Part shown: one piece after another, positions 24,891 through 40,300 of the stretch
How positions within the stretch are numbered: position 1 is the first letter of the stretch
How the letters are laid out: each line of letters opens with the position of its first letter
Source of the DNA: Auanema rhodensis
Lineage: Eukaryota; Animalia; Nematoda
Direction: 5' to 3'
Length of the DNA stretch: 64,000 nt
NCBI GenBank assembly: GCA_964057225.1
Contig: OZ059897.1
Coordinates: forward strand, 2,728,001 to 2,792,000
The notes under the pieces: model-generated
Databases searched by the model: none
Seen by the model: only the letters and a program-made list of their open reading frames with translations
Told to the model about the DNA's origin: nothing
Position numbers and translations under genes: made by a program

Positions 24891-27800
24891 TGAAAAACAT
24901 TGTCCATCGTCTTCGTCTTGAAAAAAGGAATCTAAAAACATCTACTTTTTGTGAAATTATTTAGAAATTTTTCGGGAAAATTTTTGTCAAAATGTTTTTG
25001 GAAGCAATGTTGAGTGTACATGGGAACTCAACATACACTAATGCATTATTTTTCAAACGATCATAACTAATTTTTGTATAGAGCGTTTCTTAATGTAGTA
25101 TAGTGCATTCGATGCGGATTTTTAAGCTGCGTCGATCTGTGATATCAGATTTGAGTTAACTTAAAAATGCACCGAGATATCAACTGATATATGTTCACAC
25201 TTATATCCTCGATTTTCACCCTGAAGAATTAATTTTTTCGTTGAATAACATTGTCCATCGTCTTTGCCTTGAAAAAAGAAATCTAAAAACATCTACTTTT
25301 TGTGAAATTATTTAGAAATTTTTCGGGAAAATTTTTGTCACAATGTTTTTGGAAGCAATGTTAAGTGTACATGGGAACTCAACACACACTAATGCATTAT
25401 TTTTCAAACGATCATAACTAATTTTTGTATTAAGCTTTTCTCAATGTAGTATAGTGCAGTCGATGCGGATTTTTAAGCTGCGTTGATCTGTGTTATCAGA
25501 TTTGCGCTAGCTTATAAATGCTCCGAGATATCAACTTATATAAGTTCACACTTATATCCTCGATTTTCACCCTGAAGAATTAATTTTTTCGTTGAATAAC
25601 ATTGTCCATCGTCTTTGCCTTGAAAAAAGAAATCTAAAAACTCCTACTTTTTGTGAAATTATGTAGAAATTTTTCGGGAAAATTTTTGTCAAAATGTTTT
25701 TGGAAGCAATGTTGAGTGTACATGGGAACTCAACATACACTAATGCATTATTTTTCAAACGATCATAACTAATTTTTGTATAGAGCGTTTCTTAATGTAG
25801 TATAGTGCATTCGATGCGGATTTTTAAGCTGCGTCGATCTGTGATATCAGATTTGAGTTAACTTAAAAATGCACCGAGATATCAACTGATATATGTTCAC
25901 ACTTATATCCTCGATTTTCACCCTGAAGAATTAATTTTTTCGTTGAATAACATTGTCCATCGTCTTTGCCTTGAAAAAAGAAATCTAAAAACATCTACTT
26001 TTTGTGAAATTATTTAGAAATTTTTCGGGAAAATTTTTGTCACAATGTTTTTGGAAGCAATGTTAAGTGTACATGGGAACTCAACACACACTAATGCATT
26101 ATTTTTCAAACGATCATAACTAATTTTTGTATTAAGCTTTTCTCAATGTAGTATAGTGCAGTCGATGCGGATTTTTAAGCTGCGTTGATCTGTGTTATCA
26201 GATTTGCGCTAGCTTAAAAATGCTCCGAGATATCAACTTATATAAGTTCACACTTATATCCTCGATTTTCACCCTGAAGAATTAATTTTTTCGTTGAATA
26301 ACATTGTCCATCGTCTTTGCCTTGAAAAAAGAAATCTAAAAACTCCTACTTTTTGTGAAATTATGTAGAAATTTTTCGGGAAAATTTTTGTCAAAATGTT
26401 TTTGGAAGCAATGTTGAGTGTACATGGGAACTCAACATACACTAATGCATTATTTTTCAAACGATCATAACTAATTTTTGTATAGAGCGTTTCTCAATGT
26501 AGTATAGTGCATTCGATGCGGATTTTTAAGCTGCGTCGATCTGTGTTATCAGATTTGAGGTAGCTTAAAAATGCACCGAGATATCAACTGATATATGTTC
26601 ACACTTATATCCTCAATTTTCACCCTGAAGAAATGATTTTTTCGTTGAAAAACATTGTCCATCGTATTCGTCTTGAAAAAAGGAATCTAAAAACATCTAC
26701 TTTTTGTGAAATTATTTAGAAATTTTTCGGGAAAATTTTTGTCAAAATGTTTTTGGAAGCAATGTTGAGTGCACATGGGAACTCAACATACACTAATGCA
26801 TTATTTTTCAAACGATCATAACTAATTTTTGTATAGAGCGTTTTTCAATGTCGTATAGTGCATTCGATGCGAATTTTTAAGCTGCGTTGATCTGTGTTAT
26901 CTGATTTGAGTTAACTTAAAAATGCTTCGAGATATCAACTGATATAGGTTCACACTTATATCCTCGATTTTCACCCTGAAGAAATGATTTTTTCGTTGAA
27001 AAACATTGTCCATCGTCTTCGTCTTGAAAAAAGGAATCTAAAAACATCTACTTTTTGTGAAATTATTTAGAAATTTTTCGGGAAAATTTTTGTCAAAATG
27101 TTTTTGGAAGCAATGTTGAGTGTACATGGGAACTCAACATACACTAATGCATTATTTTTCAAACGATCATAACTAATTTTTGTATTAAGCTTTTCTCAAT
27201 GTAGTATAGTGCAGTCGATGCGGATTTTTAAGCTGCGTTGATCTGTGTTATCAGATTTGCGCTAGCTTAAAAATGCTCCGAGATATCAACTTATATAAGT
27301 TCACACTTATATCCTCGATTTTCACCCTGAAGAATTAATTTTTTCGTTGAATAACATTGTCCATCGTCTTTGTCTTGAAAAAAGAAATCTAAAAACATCT
27401 ACTTTTTGTGAAATTATTTAGAAATTTTTCGGGAAACTTTTTGTCAAAATGTTTTTGGAAGCAATGTTGAGTGTACATGGGAACTCAACATACACTAATG
27501 CATTATTTTTCAAACGATCATAACTAATTTTTGTATAGAGCGTTTCTCAATGTAGTATAGTGCATTCGATGCGGATTTTTAAGCTGCGTCGATCTGTGTT
27601 ATCAGATTTGAGTTAGCTTAAAAATGCACCGAGATATCAACTGATATATGTTCACACTTATATCCTCGATTTTCACCCTGAAGAATTAATTTTTTCGTTG
27701 AAAAACATTGTCCATCGTCTTTGTCTTGAAAAAAGGAATCTAAAAACATCTACTTTTTGTGAAATTATTTAGAAATTTTTCGGGAAAATTTTTGTCACAA

Positions 27801-30800
27801 TGTTTTTGGAAGCAATGTTAAGTGTACATGGGAACTCAACACACACTAATGCATTATTTTTCAAACGATCATAACTAATTTTTGTATTAAGCTTTTCTCA
27901 ATGTAGTATAGTGCAGTCGATGCGGATTTTTAAGCTGCGTCGATCTGTGTTATCAGATTTGCGCTAGCTTAAAAATGCTCCGAGATATCAACTTATATAA
28001 GTTCACACTTATATCCTCGATTTTCACCCTGAAGAATTAATTTTTTCGTTGAATAACATTGTCGATCGTCTTCGTCTTGAAAAAAGGAATCTAAAAACAT
28101 TTACTTTTTGTGAAATTATTCAGAAATTTTTCGGGAAAATTTTTGTCAAAATGTTTTTGGAAGCAATGTTGAGTGTACATGGGAACTCAACATACACTAA
28201 TGCATTATTTTTCAAACGATCATAACTAATTTTTGTATAGAGCGTTTCTCAATGTAGTATAGTGCATTCGATGCGGATTTTTAAGCTGCGTCGATCTGTG
28301 TTATCAGATTTGAGTTAGCTTAAAAATGCACCGAGATATCAACTGATATAGGTTCACACTTATATCCTCGATTTTCACCCTGAAGAATTAATTTTTTCGT
28401 TGAATAACATTGTCCATCGTCTTTGCCTTGAAAAAAGAAATCTAAAAACTCCTACTTTTTGTGAAATTATTTAGAAATTTTTCGGGAAAATTTTTGTCAA
28501 AATGTTTTTGGAAGCAATGTTGAGTGTACATGGGAACTCAACATACACTAATGCATTATTTTTCAAACGATCATAACTAATTTTTGTATAGAGCGTTTCT
28601 CAATGTAGTATAGTGCATTCGATGCGGATTTTTAAGCTGCGTCGATCTGTGTTATCAGATTTGAGTTAGCTTAAAAATGCACCGAGATATCAACTGATAT
28701 AGGTTCACACTTATATCCTCGATTTTCACCCTGAAGAATTAATTTTTTCGTTAAATAACATTGTCCATCGTCTTTGTCTTGAAAAAAGAAATCTAAAAAC
28801 ATCTACTTTTTGTGAAATTATTTAGAAATTTTTCGGGAAAATTTTTGTCAAAATGTTTTTGGAAGCAATGTTGAGTGTACATGGGAACTCAACATACACT
28901 AATGCATTATTTTTCAAACGATCATAACTAATTTTTGTATAGAGCGTTTCTCAATGTCGTATAGTGCATTCGATGCGAATTTTTAAGCTGCGTTGATCTG
29001 TGTTATCTGATTTGAGTTAACTTAAAAATGCACCGAGATATCAACTGATATAGGTTCACACTTATATCCTCGATTTTCACCCTGAAGAAATGATTTTTTC
29101 GTTGAAAAACATTGTCCATCGTCTTCGTCTTGAAAAAAGGAATCTAAAAACATCTACTTTTTGTGAAATTATTTAGAAATTTTTCGGGAAAATTTTTGTC
29201 AAAATGTTTTTGGAAGCAATGTTGAGTGTACATGGGAACTCAACATACACTAATGCATTATTTTTCAAACGATCATAACTAATTTTTGTATAGAGCGTTT
29301 CTTAATGTAGTATAGTGCATTCGATGCGGATTTTTAAGCTGCGTCGATCTGTGATATCAGATTTGAGTTAACTTAAAAATGCACCGAGATATCAACTGAT
29401 ATATGTTCACACTTATATCCTCGATTTTCACCCTGAAGAATTAATTTTTTCGTTGAATAACATTGTCCATCGTCTTTGCCTTGAAAAAAGAAATCTAAAA
29501 ACATCTACTTTTTGTGAAATTATTTAGAAATTTTTCGGGAAAATTTTTGTCACAATGTTTTTGGAAGCAATGTTAAGTGTACATGGGAACTCAACACACA
29601 CTAATGCATTATTTTTCAAACGATCATAACTAATTTTTGTATTAAGCTTTTCTCAATGTAGTATAGTGCAGTCGATGCGGATTTTTAAGCTGCGTTGATC
29701 TGTGTTATCAGATTTGCGCTAGCTTATAAATGCTCCGAGATATCAACTTATATAAGTTCACACTTATATCCTCGATTTTCACCCTGAAGAATTAATTTTT
29801 TCGTTGAATAACATTGTCCATCGTCTTTGCCTTGAAAAAAGAAATCTAAAAACTCCTACTTTTTGTGAAATTATGTAGAAATTTTTCGGGAAAATTTTTG
29901 TCAAAATGTTTTTGGAAGCAATGTTGAGTGTACATGGGAACTCAACATACACTAATGCATTATTTTTCAAACGATCATAACTAATTTTTGTATAGAGCGT
30001 TTCTTAATGTAGTATAGTGCATTCGATGCGGATTTTTAAGCTGCGTCGATCTGTGATATCAGATTTGAGTTAACTTAAAAATGCACCGAGATATCAACTG
30101 ATATATGTTCACACTTATATCCTCGATTTTCACCCTGAAGAATTAATTTTTTCGTTGAATAACATTGTCCATCGTCTTTGCCTTGAAAAAAGAAATCTAA
30201 AAACATCTACTTTTTGTGAAATTATTTAGAAATTTTTCGGGAAAATTTTTGTCACAATGTTTTTGGAAGCAATGTTAAGTGTACATGGGAACTCAACACA
30301 CACTAATGCATTATTTTTCAAACGATCATAACTAATTTTTGTATTAAGCTTTTCTCAATGTAGTATAGTGCAGTCGATGCGGATTTTTAAGCTGCGTTGA
30401 TCTGTGTTATCAGATTTGCGCTAGCTTAAAAATGCTCCGAGATATCAACTTATATAAGTTCACACTTATATCCTCGATTTTCACCCTGAAGAATTAATTT
30501 TTTCGTTGAATAACATTGTCCATCGTCTTTGCCTTGAAAAAAGAAATCTAAAAACTCCTACTTTTTGTGAAATTATGTAGGAATTTTTCGGGAAAATTTT
30601 TGTCAAAATGTTTTTGGAAGCAATGTTGAGTGTACATGGGAACTCAACATACACTAATGCATTATTTTTCAAACGATCATAACTAATTTTTGTATAGAGC
30701 GTTTCTCAATGTAGTATAGTGCATTCGATGCGGATTTTTAAGCTGCGTCGATCTGTGTTATCAGATTTGAGGTAGCTTAAAAATGCACCGAGATATCAAC

Positions 30801-31396
30801 TGATATATGTTCACACTTATATCCTCAATTTTCACCCTGAAGAAATGATTTTTTCGTTGAAAAACATTGTCCATCGTATTCGTCTTGAAAAAAGGAATCT
30901 AAAAACATCTACTTTTTGTGAAATTATTTAGAAATTTTTCGGGAAAATTTTTGTCAAAATGTTTTTGGAAGCAATGTTGAGTGCACATGGGAACTCAACA
31001 TACACTAATGCATTATTTTTCAAACGATCATAACTAATTTTTGTATAGAGCGTTTTTCAATGTCGTATAGTGCATTCGATGCGAATTTTTAAGCTGCGTT
31101 GATCTGTGTTATCTGATTTGAGTTAACTTAAAAATGCTTCGAGATATCAACTGATATAGGTTCACACTTATATCCTCGATTTTCACCCTGAAGAAATGAT
31201 TTTTTCGTTGAAAAACATTGTCCATCGTCTTCGTCTTGAAAAAAGGAATCTAAAAACATCTACTTTTTGTGAAATTATTTAGAAATTTTTCGGGAAAATT
31301 TTTGTCAAAATGTTTTTGGAAGCAATGTTGAGTGTACATGGGAACTCAACATACACTAATGCATTATTTTTCAAACGATCATAACTAATTTTTGTA
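24670..31396 (+). repeat. ~7-monomer block duplicated at offset 4212 (12 monomers), each copy containing an internal 2-mer duplication (702 bp)
   Basis: CTTATAAATG at 25511/29723 and AATGCTTCGA at 26921/31133. ORFs at 25567/26269 and 29779/30481. Confidence 0.88.
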
Positions 31397-34300
31397 TAGA
31401 GCGTTTCTTAATGTAGTATAGTGCATTCGATGCGGATTTTTAAGCTGCGTCGATCTGTGATATCAGATTTGAGTTAACTTAAAAATGCACCGAGATATCA
31501 ACTGATATATGTTCTCACTTATATCCTCGATTTTCACCCTGAAGAAATGATTTTTTCGTTGAATAACATTGTCCATCGTCTTTGTCTTGAAAAAAGAAAT
31601 CTAAAAACATCTACTTTTTGTGAAATTATTTAGAAATTTTTCGGGAAACTTTTTGTCAAAATGTTTTTGGAAGCAATGTTGAGTGTACATGGGAACTCAA
31701 CATACACTAATGCATTATTTTTCAAACGATCATAACTAATTTTTGTATGGAGCGTTTCTCAATTTAGTAAAGTGCATTCGATGCGGATTTTTAAGCTGCG
31801 TTGATCTGTGTTATCAGATTTGAGTTAGCTTAAAAATGCACCGAGATATCAACTGATATATGTTCACACTTATATCCTCGATTTTCACCCTGAAGAATTA
31901 ATTTTTTCGTTAAATAACATTGTCCATCGTCTTTGTCTTGAAAAAAGAAATCTAAAAACATCTACTTTTTGTGAAATTATTTAGAAATTTTTCGGGAAAA
32001 TTTTTGTCACAATGTTTTTGGAAGCAATGTTAAGTGTACATGGGAACTCAACACACACTAATGCATTATTTTTCAAACGATCATAACTAATTTTTGTATT
32101 AAGCTTTTCTCAATGTAGTATAGTGCAGTCGATGCGAATTTTTAAGCTGCGTTGATCTGTGTTATCTGATTTGAGTTAACTTAAAAATGCTTCGAGATAT
32201 CAACTGATATAGGTTCACACTTATATCCTCGATTTTCACCCTGAAGAAATGATTTTTTCGTTGAAAAACATTGTCCATCGTCTTCGTCTTGAAAAAAGGA
32301 ATCTAAAAACATTTACTTTTTGTGAAATTATTTAGAAATTTTTCGGGAAAATTTTTGTCAAAATGTTTTTGGAAGCAATGTTGAGTGTACATGGGAACTC
32401 AACATACACTAATGCATTATTTTTCAAACGATCATAACTAATTTTTGTATAGAGCGTTTCTCAATGTAGTATAGTGCATTCGATGCGGATTTTTAAGCTG
32501 CGTCGATCTGTGTTATCAGATTTGAGTTAGCTTAAAAATGCACCGAGATATCAACTGATATAGGTTCACACTTATATCCTCGATTTTCACCCTGAAGAAT
32601 TAATTTTTTCGTTGAATAACATTGTCCATCGTCTTTGCCTTGAAAAAAGAAATCTAAAAACATCTACTTTTTGTGAAATTATTTAGAAATTTTTCGGGAA
32701 AATTTTTGTCAAAATGTTTTTGGAAGCAATGTTGAGTGTACATGGGAACTCAACATACACTAATGCATTATTTTTCAAACGATCATAACTAATTTTTGTA
32801 TAGAGCGTTTCTCAATGTAGTATAGTGCATTCGATGCGGATTTTTAAGCTGCGTCGATCTGTGTTATCAGATTTGAGTTAGCTTAAAAATGCACCGAGAT
32901 ATCAACTGATATAGGTTCACACTTATATCCTCGATTTTCACCCTGAAGAATTAATTTTTTCGTTGAATAACATTGTCCATCGTCTTTGCCTTGAAAAAAG
33001 AAATCTAAAAACTCCTACTTTTTGTGAAATTATTTAGAAATTTTTCGGGAAAATTTTTGTCAAAATGTTTTTGGAAGCAATGTTGAGTGTACATGGGAAC
33101 TCAACATACACTAATGCATTATTTTTCAAACGATCATAACTAATTTTTGTATAGAGCGTTTCTCATTGTAGTATAGTGCATTCGATGCGGATTTTTAAGC
33201 TGCGTCGATCTGTGTTATCAGATTTGAGTTAGCTTAAAAATGCACCGAGATATCAACTGATATATGTTCACACTTATATCCTCGATTTTCACCCTGAAGA
33301 ATTAATTTTTTCGTTGAATAACATTGTCGATCGTCTTTGCCTTGAAAAAAGGAATCTAAAAACATTTACTTTTTGTGAAATTATTCAGAAATTTTTCGGG
33401 AAAATTTTTGTCAAAATGTTTTTGGAAGCAATGTTGAGTGTACATGGGAACTCAACATACACTAATGCATTATTTTTCAAACGATCATAACTAATTTTTG
33501 TATAGAGCGTTTCTCAATGTAGTATAGTGCATTCGATGCGGATTTTTAAGCTGCGTCGATCTGTGTTATCAGATTTGAGTTAGCTTAAAAATGCACCGAG
33601 ATATCAACTGATATAGGTTCACACTTATATCCTCGATTTTCACCCTGAAGAATTAATTTTTTCGTTGAATAACATTGTCCATCGTCTTTGCCTTGAAAAA
33701 AGAAATCTAAAAACTCCTACTTTTTGTGAAATTATTTAGAAATTTTTCGGGAAAATTTTTGTCAAAATGTTTTTGGAAGCAATGTTGAGTGTACATGGGA
33801 ACTCAACATACACTAATGCATTATTTTTCAAACGATCATAACTAATTTTTGTATAGAGCGTTTCTCAATGTAGTATAGTGCATTCGATGCGGATTTTTAA
33901 GCTGCGTCGATCTGTGTTATCAGATTTGAGTTAGCTTAAAAATGCACCGAGATATCAACTGATATAGGTTCACACTTATATCCTCGATTTTCACCCTGAA
34001 GAATTAATTTTTTCGTTGAATAACATTGTCCATCGTCTTTGCCTTGAAAAAAGAAATCTAAAAACTCCTACTTTTTGTGAAATTATTTAGAAATTTTTCG
34101 GGAAAATTTTTGTCAAAATGTTTTTGGAAGCAATGTTGAGTGTACATGGGAACTCAACATACACTAATGCATTATTTTTCAAACGATCATAACTAATTTT
34201 TGTATAGAGCGTTTCTCATTGTAGTATAGTGCATTCGATGCGGATTTTTAAGCTGCGTCGATCTGTGTTATCAGATTTGAGTTAGCTTAAAAATGCACCG

Positions 34301-37300
34301 AGATATCAACTGATATATGTTCACACTTATATCCTCGATTTTCACCCTGAAGAATTAATTTTTTCGTTAAATAACATTGTCCATCGTCTTTGTCTTGAAA
34401 AAAGAAATCTAAAAACATCTACTTTTTGTGAAATTATTTAGAAATTTTTCGGGAAAATTTTTGTCACAATGTTTTTGGAAGCAATGTTAAGTGTACATGG
34501 GAACTCAACACACACTAATGCATTATTTTTCAAACGATCATAACTAATTTTTGTATTAAGCTTTTCTCAATGTAGTATAGTGCAGTCGATGCGGATTTTT
34601 AAGCTGCGTCGATCTGTGTTATCAGATTTGCGCTAGCTTAAAAATGCTCCGAGATATCAACTTATATAAGTTCACACTTATATCCTCGATTTTCACCCTG
34701 AAGAATTAATTTTTTCGTTGAATAACATTGTCGATCGTCTTTGCCTTGAAAAAAGGAATCTAAAAACATTTACTTTTTGTGAAATTATTCAGAAATTTTT
34801 CGGGAAAATTTTTGTCAAAATGTTTTTGGAAGCAATGTTGAGTGTACATGGGAACTCAACATACACTAATGCATTATTTTTCAAACGATCATAACTAATT
34901 TTTGTATAGAGCGTTTCTCAATGTAGTATAGTGCATTCGATGCGGATTTTTAAGCTGCGTCGATCTGTGTTATCAGATTTGAGTTAGCTTAAAAATGCAC
35001 CGAGATATCAACTGATATAGGTTCACACTTATATCCTCGATTTTCACCCTGAAGAATTAATTTTTTCGTTGAATAACATTGTCCATCGTCTTTGCCTTGA
35101 AAAAAGAAATCTAAAAACTCCTACTTTTTGTGAAATTATTTAGAAATTTTTCGGGAAAATTTTTGTCAAAATGTTTTTGGAAGCAATGTTGAGTGTACAT
35201 GGGAACTCAACATACACTAATGCATTATTTTTCAAACGATCATAACTAATTTTTGTATAGAGCGTTTCTCAATGTAGTATAGTGCATTCGATGCGGATTT
35301 TTAAGCTGCGTCGATCTGTGTTATCAGATTTGAGTTAGCTTAAAAATGCACCGAGATATCAACTTATATAAGTTCACACTTATATCCTCGATTTTCACCC
35401 TGAAGAATTAATTTTTTCGTTGAATAACATTGTCGATCGTCTTTGCCTTGAAAAAAGGAATCTAAAAACATTTACTTTTTGTGAAATTATTCAGAAATTT
35501 TTCGGGAAAATTTTTGTCAAAATGTTTTTGGAAGCAATGTTGAGTGTACATGGGAACTCAACATACACTAATGCATTATTTTTCAAACGATCATAACTAA
35601 TTTTTGTATAGAGCGTTTCTCAATGTAGTATAGTGCATTCGATGCGGATTTTTAAGCTGCGTCGATCTGTGTTATCAGATTTGAGTTAGCTTAAAAATGC
35701 ACCGAGATATCAACTGATATAGGTTCACACTTATATCCTCGATTTTCACCCTGAAGAATTAATTTTTTCGTTGAATAACATTGTCCATCGTCTTTGCCTT
35801 GAAAAAAGAAATCTAAAAACTCCTACTTTTTGTGAAATTATTTAGAAATTTTTCGGGAAAATTTTTGTCAAAATGTTTTTGGAAGCAATGTTGAGTGTAC
35901 ATGGGAACTCAACATACACTAATGCATTATTTTTCAAACGATCATAACTAATTTTTGTATAGAGCGTTTCTCAATGTAGTATAGTGCATTCGATGCGGAT
36001 TTTTAAGCTGCGTCGATCTGTGTTATCAGATTTGAGTTAGCTTAAAAATGCACCGAGATATCAACTGATATAGGTTCACACTTATATCCTCGATTTTCAC
36101 CCTGAAGAATTAATTTTTTCGTTGAATAACATTGTCCATCGTCTTTGCCTTGAAAAAAGAAATCTAAAAACTCCTACTTTTTGTGAAATTATTTAGAAAT
36201 TTTTCGGGAAAATTTTTGTCAAAATGTTTTTGGAAGCAATGTTGAGTGTACATGGGAACTCAACATACACTAATGCATTATTTTTCAAACGATCATAACT
36301 AATTTTTGTATAGAGCGTTTCTCATTGTAGTATAGTGCATTCGATGCGGATTTTTAAGCTGCGTCGATCTGTGTTATCAGATTTGAGTTAGCTTAAAAAT
36401 GCACCGAGATATCAACTGATATATGTTCACACTTATATCCTCGATTTTCACCCTGAAGAATTAATTTTTTCGTTGAATAACATTGTCGATCGTCTTTGCC
36501 TTGAAAAAAGGAATCTAAAAACATTTACTTTTTGTGAAATTATTTAGAAATTTTTCGGGAAAATTTTTGTCAAAATGTTTTTGGAAGCAATGTTGAGTGT
36601 ACATGGGAACTCAACATACACTAATGCATTATTTTTCAAACGATCATAACTAATTTTTGTATAGAGCGTTTCTCAATGTAGTATAGTGCATTCGATGCGG
36701 ATTTTTAAGCTGCGTCGATCTGTGTTATCAGATTTGAGTTAGCTTAAAAATGCACCGAGATATCAACTGATATAGGTTCACACTTATATCCTCGATTTTC
36801 ACCCTGAAGAATTAATTTTTTCGTTGAATAACATTGTCCATCGTCTTTGCCTTGAAAAAAGAAATCTAAAAACTCCTACTTTTTGTGAAATTATTTAGAA
36901 ATTTTTCGGGAAAATTTTTGTCAAAATGTTTTTGGAAGCAATGTTGAGTGTACATGGGAACTCAACATACACTAATGCATTATTTTTCAAACGATCATAA
37001 CTAATTTTTGTATAGAGCGTTTCTTATTGTAGTATAGTGCATTCGATGCGGATTTTTAAGCTGCGTCGATCTGTGTTATCAGATTTGCGCTAGCTTAAAA
37101 ATGCTCCGAGATAACAACTTATATAAGTTCACACTTATTTCCTCGATTTTCACCCTGAAGAATTAATTTTTTCGTTGAATAACATTGTCCATCGTCTTCG
37201 CCTTGAAAAAAGGAATCTAAAAACATTCACTTTTTGTGAAATTATTCAGAAATTTTTCGGGAAAATTTTTGTCAAAATGTTTTTGGAAGCAATGTTGAGT

Positions 37301-37399
37301 GTACATGGGAACTCAGCATACACTAATGCATTATTTTTCAAACGATCATAACTAATTTTTGTATAGAGCGTTTCTCAATGTAGTATAGTGCAGTCGATG

Positions 37400-40300
37400 C
37401 GGATTTTTAAGCTGCGTCGATCTGTGTTATCAGATTTGCGCTAGCTTAAAAATGCTCCGAGATATCAACTTATATAAGTTCACACTTATATCCTCGATTT
37501 TCACCCTGAAGAATTAATTTTTTCGTTGAATAACATTGTCGATCGTCTTTGCCTTGAAAAAAGGAATCTAAAAACATTTACTTTTTGTGAAATTATTCAG
37601 AAATTTTTCGGGAAAATTTTTGTCAAAATGTTTTTGGAAGCAATGTTGAGTGTACATGGGAACTCAACATACACTAATGCATTATTTTTCAAACGATCAT
37701 AACTAATTTTTGTATAGAGCGTTTCTCAATGTAGTATAGTGCATTCGATGCGGATTTTTAAGCTGCGTCGATCTGTGTTATCAGATTTGAGTTAGCTTTA
37801 AAATGCACCGAGATATCAACTGATATAGGTTCACACTTATATCCTCGATTTTCACCCTGAAGAATTAATTTTTTCGTTGAATAACATTGTCCATCGTCTT
37901 TGCCTTGAAAAAAGAAATCTAAAAACTCCTACTTTTTGTGAAATTATTTAGAAATTTTTCGGGAAAATTTTTGTCAAAATGTTTTTGGAAGCAATGTTGA
38001 GTGTACATGGGAACTCAACATACACTAATGCATTATTTTTCAAACGATCATAACTAATTTTTGTATAGAGCGTTTCTCATTGTAGTATAGTGCATTCGAT
38101 GCGGATTTTTAAGCTGCGTCGATCTGTGTTATCAGATTTGCGCTAGCTTAAAAATGCTCCGAGATAACAACTTATATAAGTTCACACTTATTTCCTCGAT
38201 TTTCACCCTGAAGAATTAATTTTTTCGTTGAATAACATTGTCCATCGTCTTCGCCTTGAAAAAAGGAATCTAAAAACATTCACTTTTTGTGAAATTATTC
38301 AGAAATTTTTCGGGAAAATTTTTGTCAAAATGTTTTTGGAAGCAATGTTGAGTGTACATGGGAACTCAGCATACACTAATGCATTATTTTTCAAACGATC
38401 ATAACTAATTTTTGTATAGAGCGTTTCTCAATGTAGTATAGCGCATTCGATGCGGATTTTTAAGCTGCGTCGATCTGTGTTATCAGATTTGAGGTAGCTT
38501 AAAAATGCACCGAGATATCAACTGATATATGTTCACTCTTATATCCTCAATTTTCACCCTGAAGAAATGATTTTTTCGTTGAAAAACATTGTCCATCGTA
38601 TTCGTCTTGAAAAAAGGAATCTAAAAACATCTACTTTTTGTGAAATTATTTAGAAATTTTTCGGGAAAATTTTTGTCAAAATGTTTTTGGAAGCAATGTT
38701 GAGTGCACATGGGAACTCAACATACACTAATGCATTATTTTTCAAACGATCATAACTAATTTTTGTATAGAGCGTTTCTCAATGTAGTATAGTGCATTCG
38801 ATGCGGATTTTTAAGCTGCGTCGATCTGTGTTATCAGATTTGAGTTAGCTTAAAAATGCACCGAGATATCAACTGATATAGGTTCACACTTATATCCTCG
38901 ATTTTCACCCTGAAGAATTAATTTTTTCGTTGAATAACATTGTCCATCGTCTTTGCCTTGAAAAAAGAAATCTAAAAACTCCTACTTTTTGTGAAATTAT
39001 TTAGAAATTTTTCGGGAAAATTTTTGTCAAAATGTTTTTGGAAGCAATGTTGAGTGTACATGGGAACTCAACATACACTAATGCATTATTTTTCAAACGA
39101 TCATAACTAATTTTTGTATAGAGCGTTTCTCAATGTAGTATAGTGCATTCGATGCGGATTTTTAAGCTGCGTCGATCTGTGTTATCAGATTTGAGTTAGC
39201 TTAAAAATGCACCGAGATATCAACTGATATAGGTTCACACTTATATCCTCGATTTTCACCCTGAAGAATTAATTTTTTCGTTGAATAACATTGTCCATCG
39301 TCTTTGCCTTGAAAAAAGAAATCTAAAAACTCCTACTTTTTGTGAAATTATTTAGAAATTTTTCGGGAAAATTTTTGTCAAAATGTTTTTGGAAGCAATG
39401 TTGAGTGTACATGGGAACTCAACATACACTAATGCATTATTTTTCAAACGATCATAACTAATTTTTGTATAGAGCGTTTCTCAATGTAGTATAGTGCATT
39501 CGATGCGGATTTTTAAGCTGCGTCGATCTGTGTTATCAGATTTGCGCTAGCTTAAAAATGCTCCGAGATATCAACTTATATAAGTTCACACTTATATCCT
39601 CGATTTTCACCCTGAAGAATTAATTTTTTCGTTGAATAACATTGTCGATCGTCTTTGCCTTGAAAAAAGGAATCTAAAAACATTTACTTTTTGTGAAATT
39701 ATTCAGAAATTTTTCGGGAAAATTTTTGTCAAAATGTTTTTGGAAGCAATGTTGAGTGTACATGGGAACTCAACATACACTAATGCATTATTTTTCAAAC
39801 GATCATAACTAATTTTTGTATAGAGCGTTTCTCAATGTAGTATAGTGCATTCGATGCGGATTTTTAAGCTGCGTCGATCTGTGTTATCAGATTTGAGTTA
39901 GCTTTAAAATGCACCGAGATATCAACTGATATAGGTTCACACTTATATCCTCGATTTTCACCCTGAAGAATTAATTTTTTCGTTGAATAACATTGTCCAT
40001 CGTCTTTGCCTTGAAAAAAGAAATCTAAAAACTCCTACTTTTTGTGAAATTATTTAGAAATTTTTCGGGAAAATTTTTGTCAAAATGTTTTTGGAAGCAA
40101 TGTTGAGTGTACATGGGAACTCAACATACACTAATGCATTATTTTTCAAACGATCATAACTAATTTTTGTATAGAGCGTTTCTCATTGTAGTATAGTGCA
40201 TTCGATGCGGATTTTTAAGCTGCGTCGATCTGTGTTATCAGATTTGCGCTAGCTTAAAAATGCTCCGAGATAACAACTTATATAAGTTCACACTTATTTC

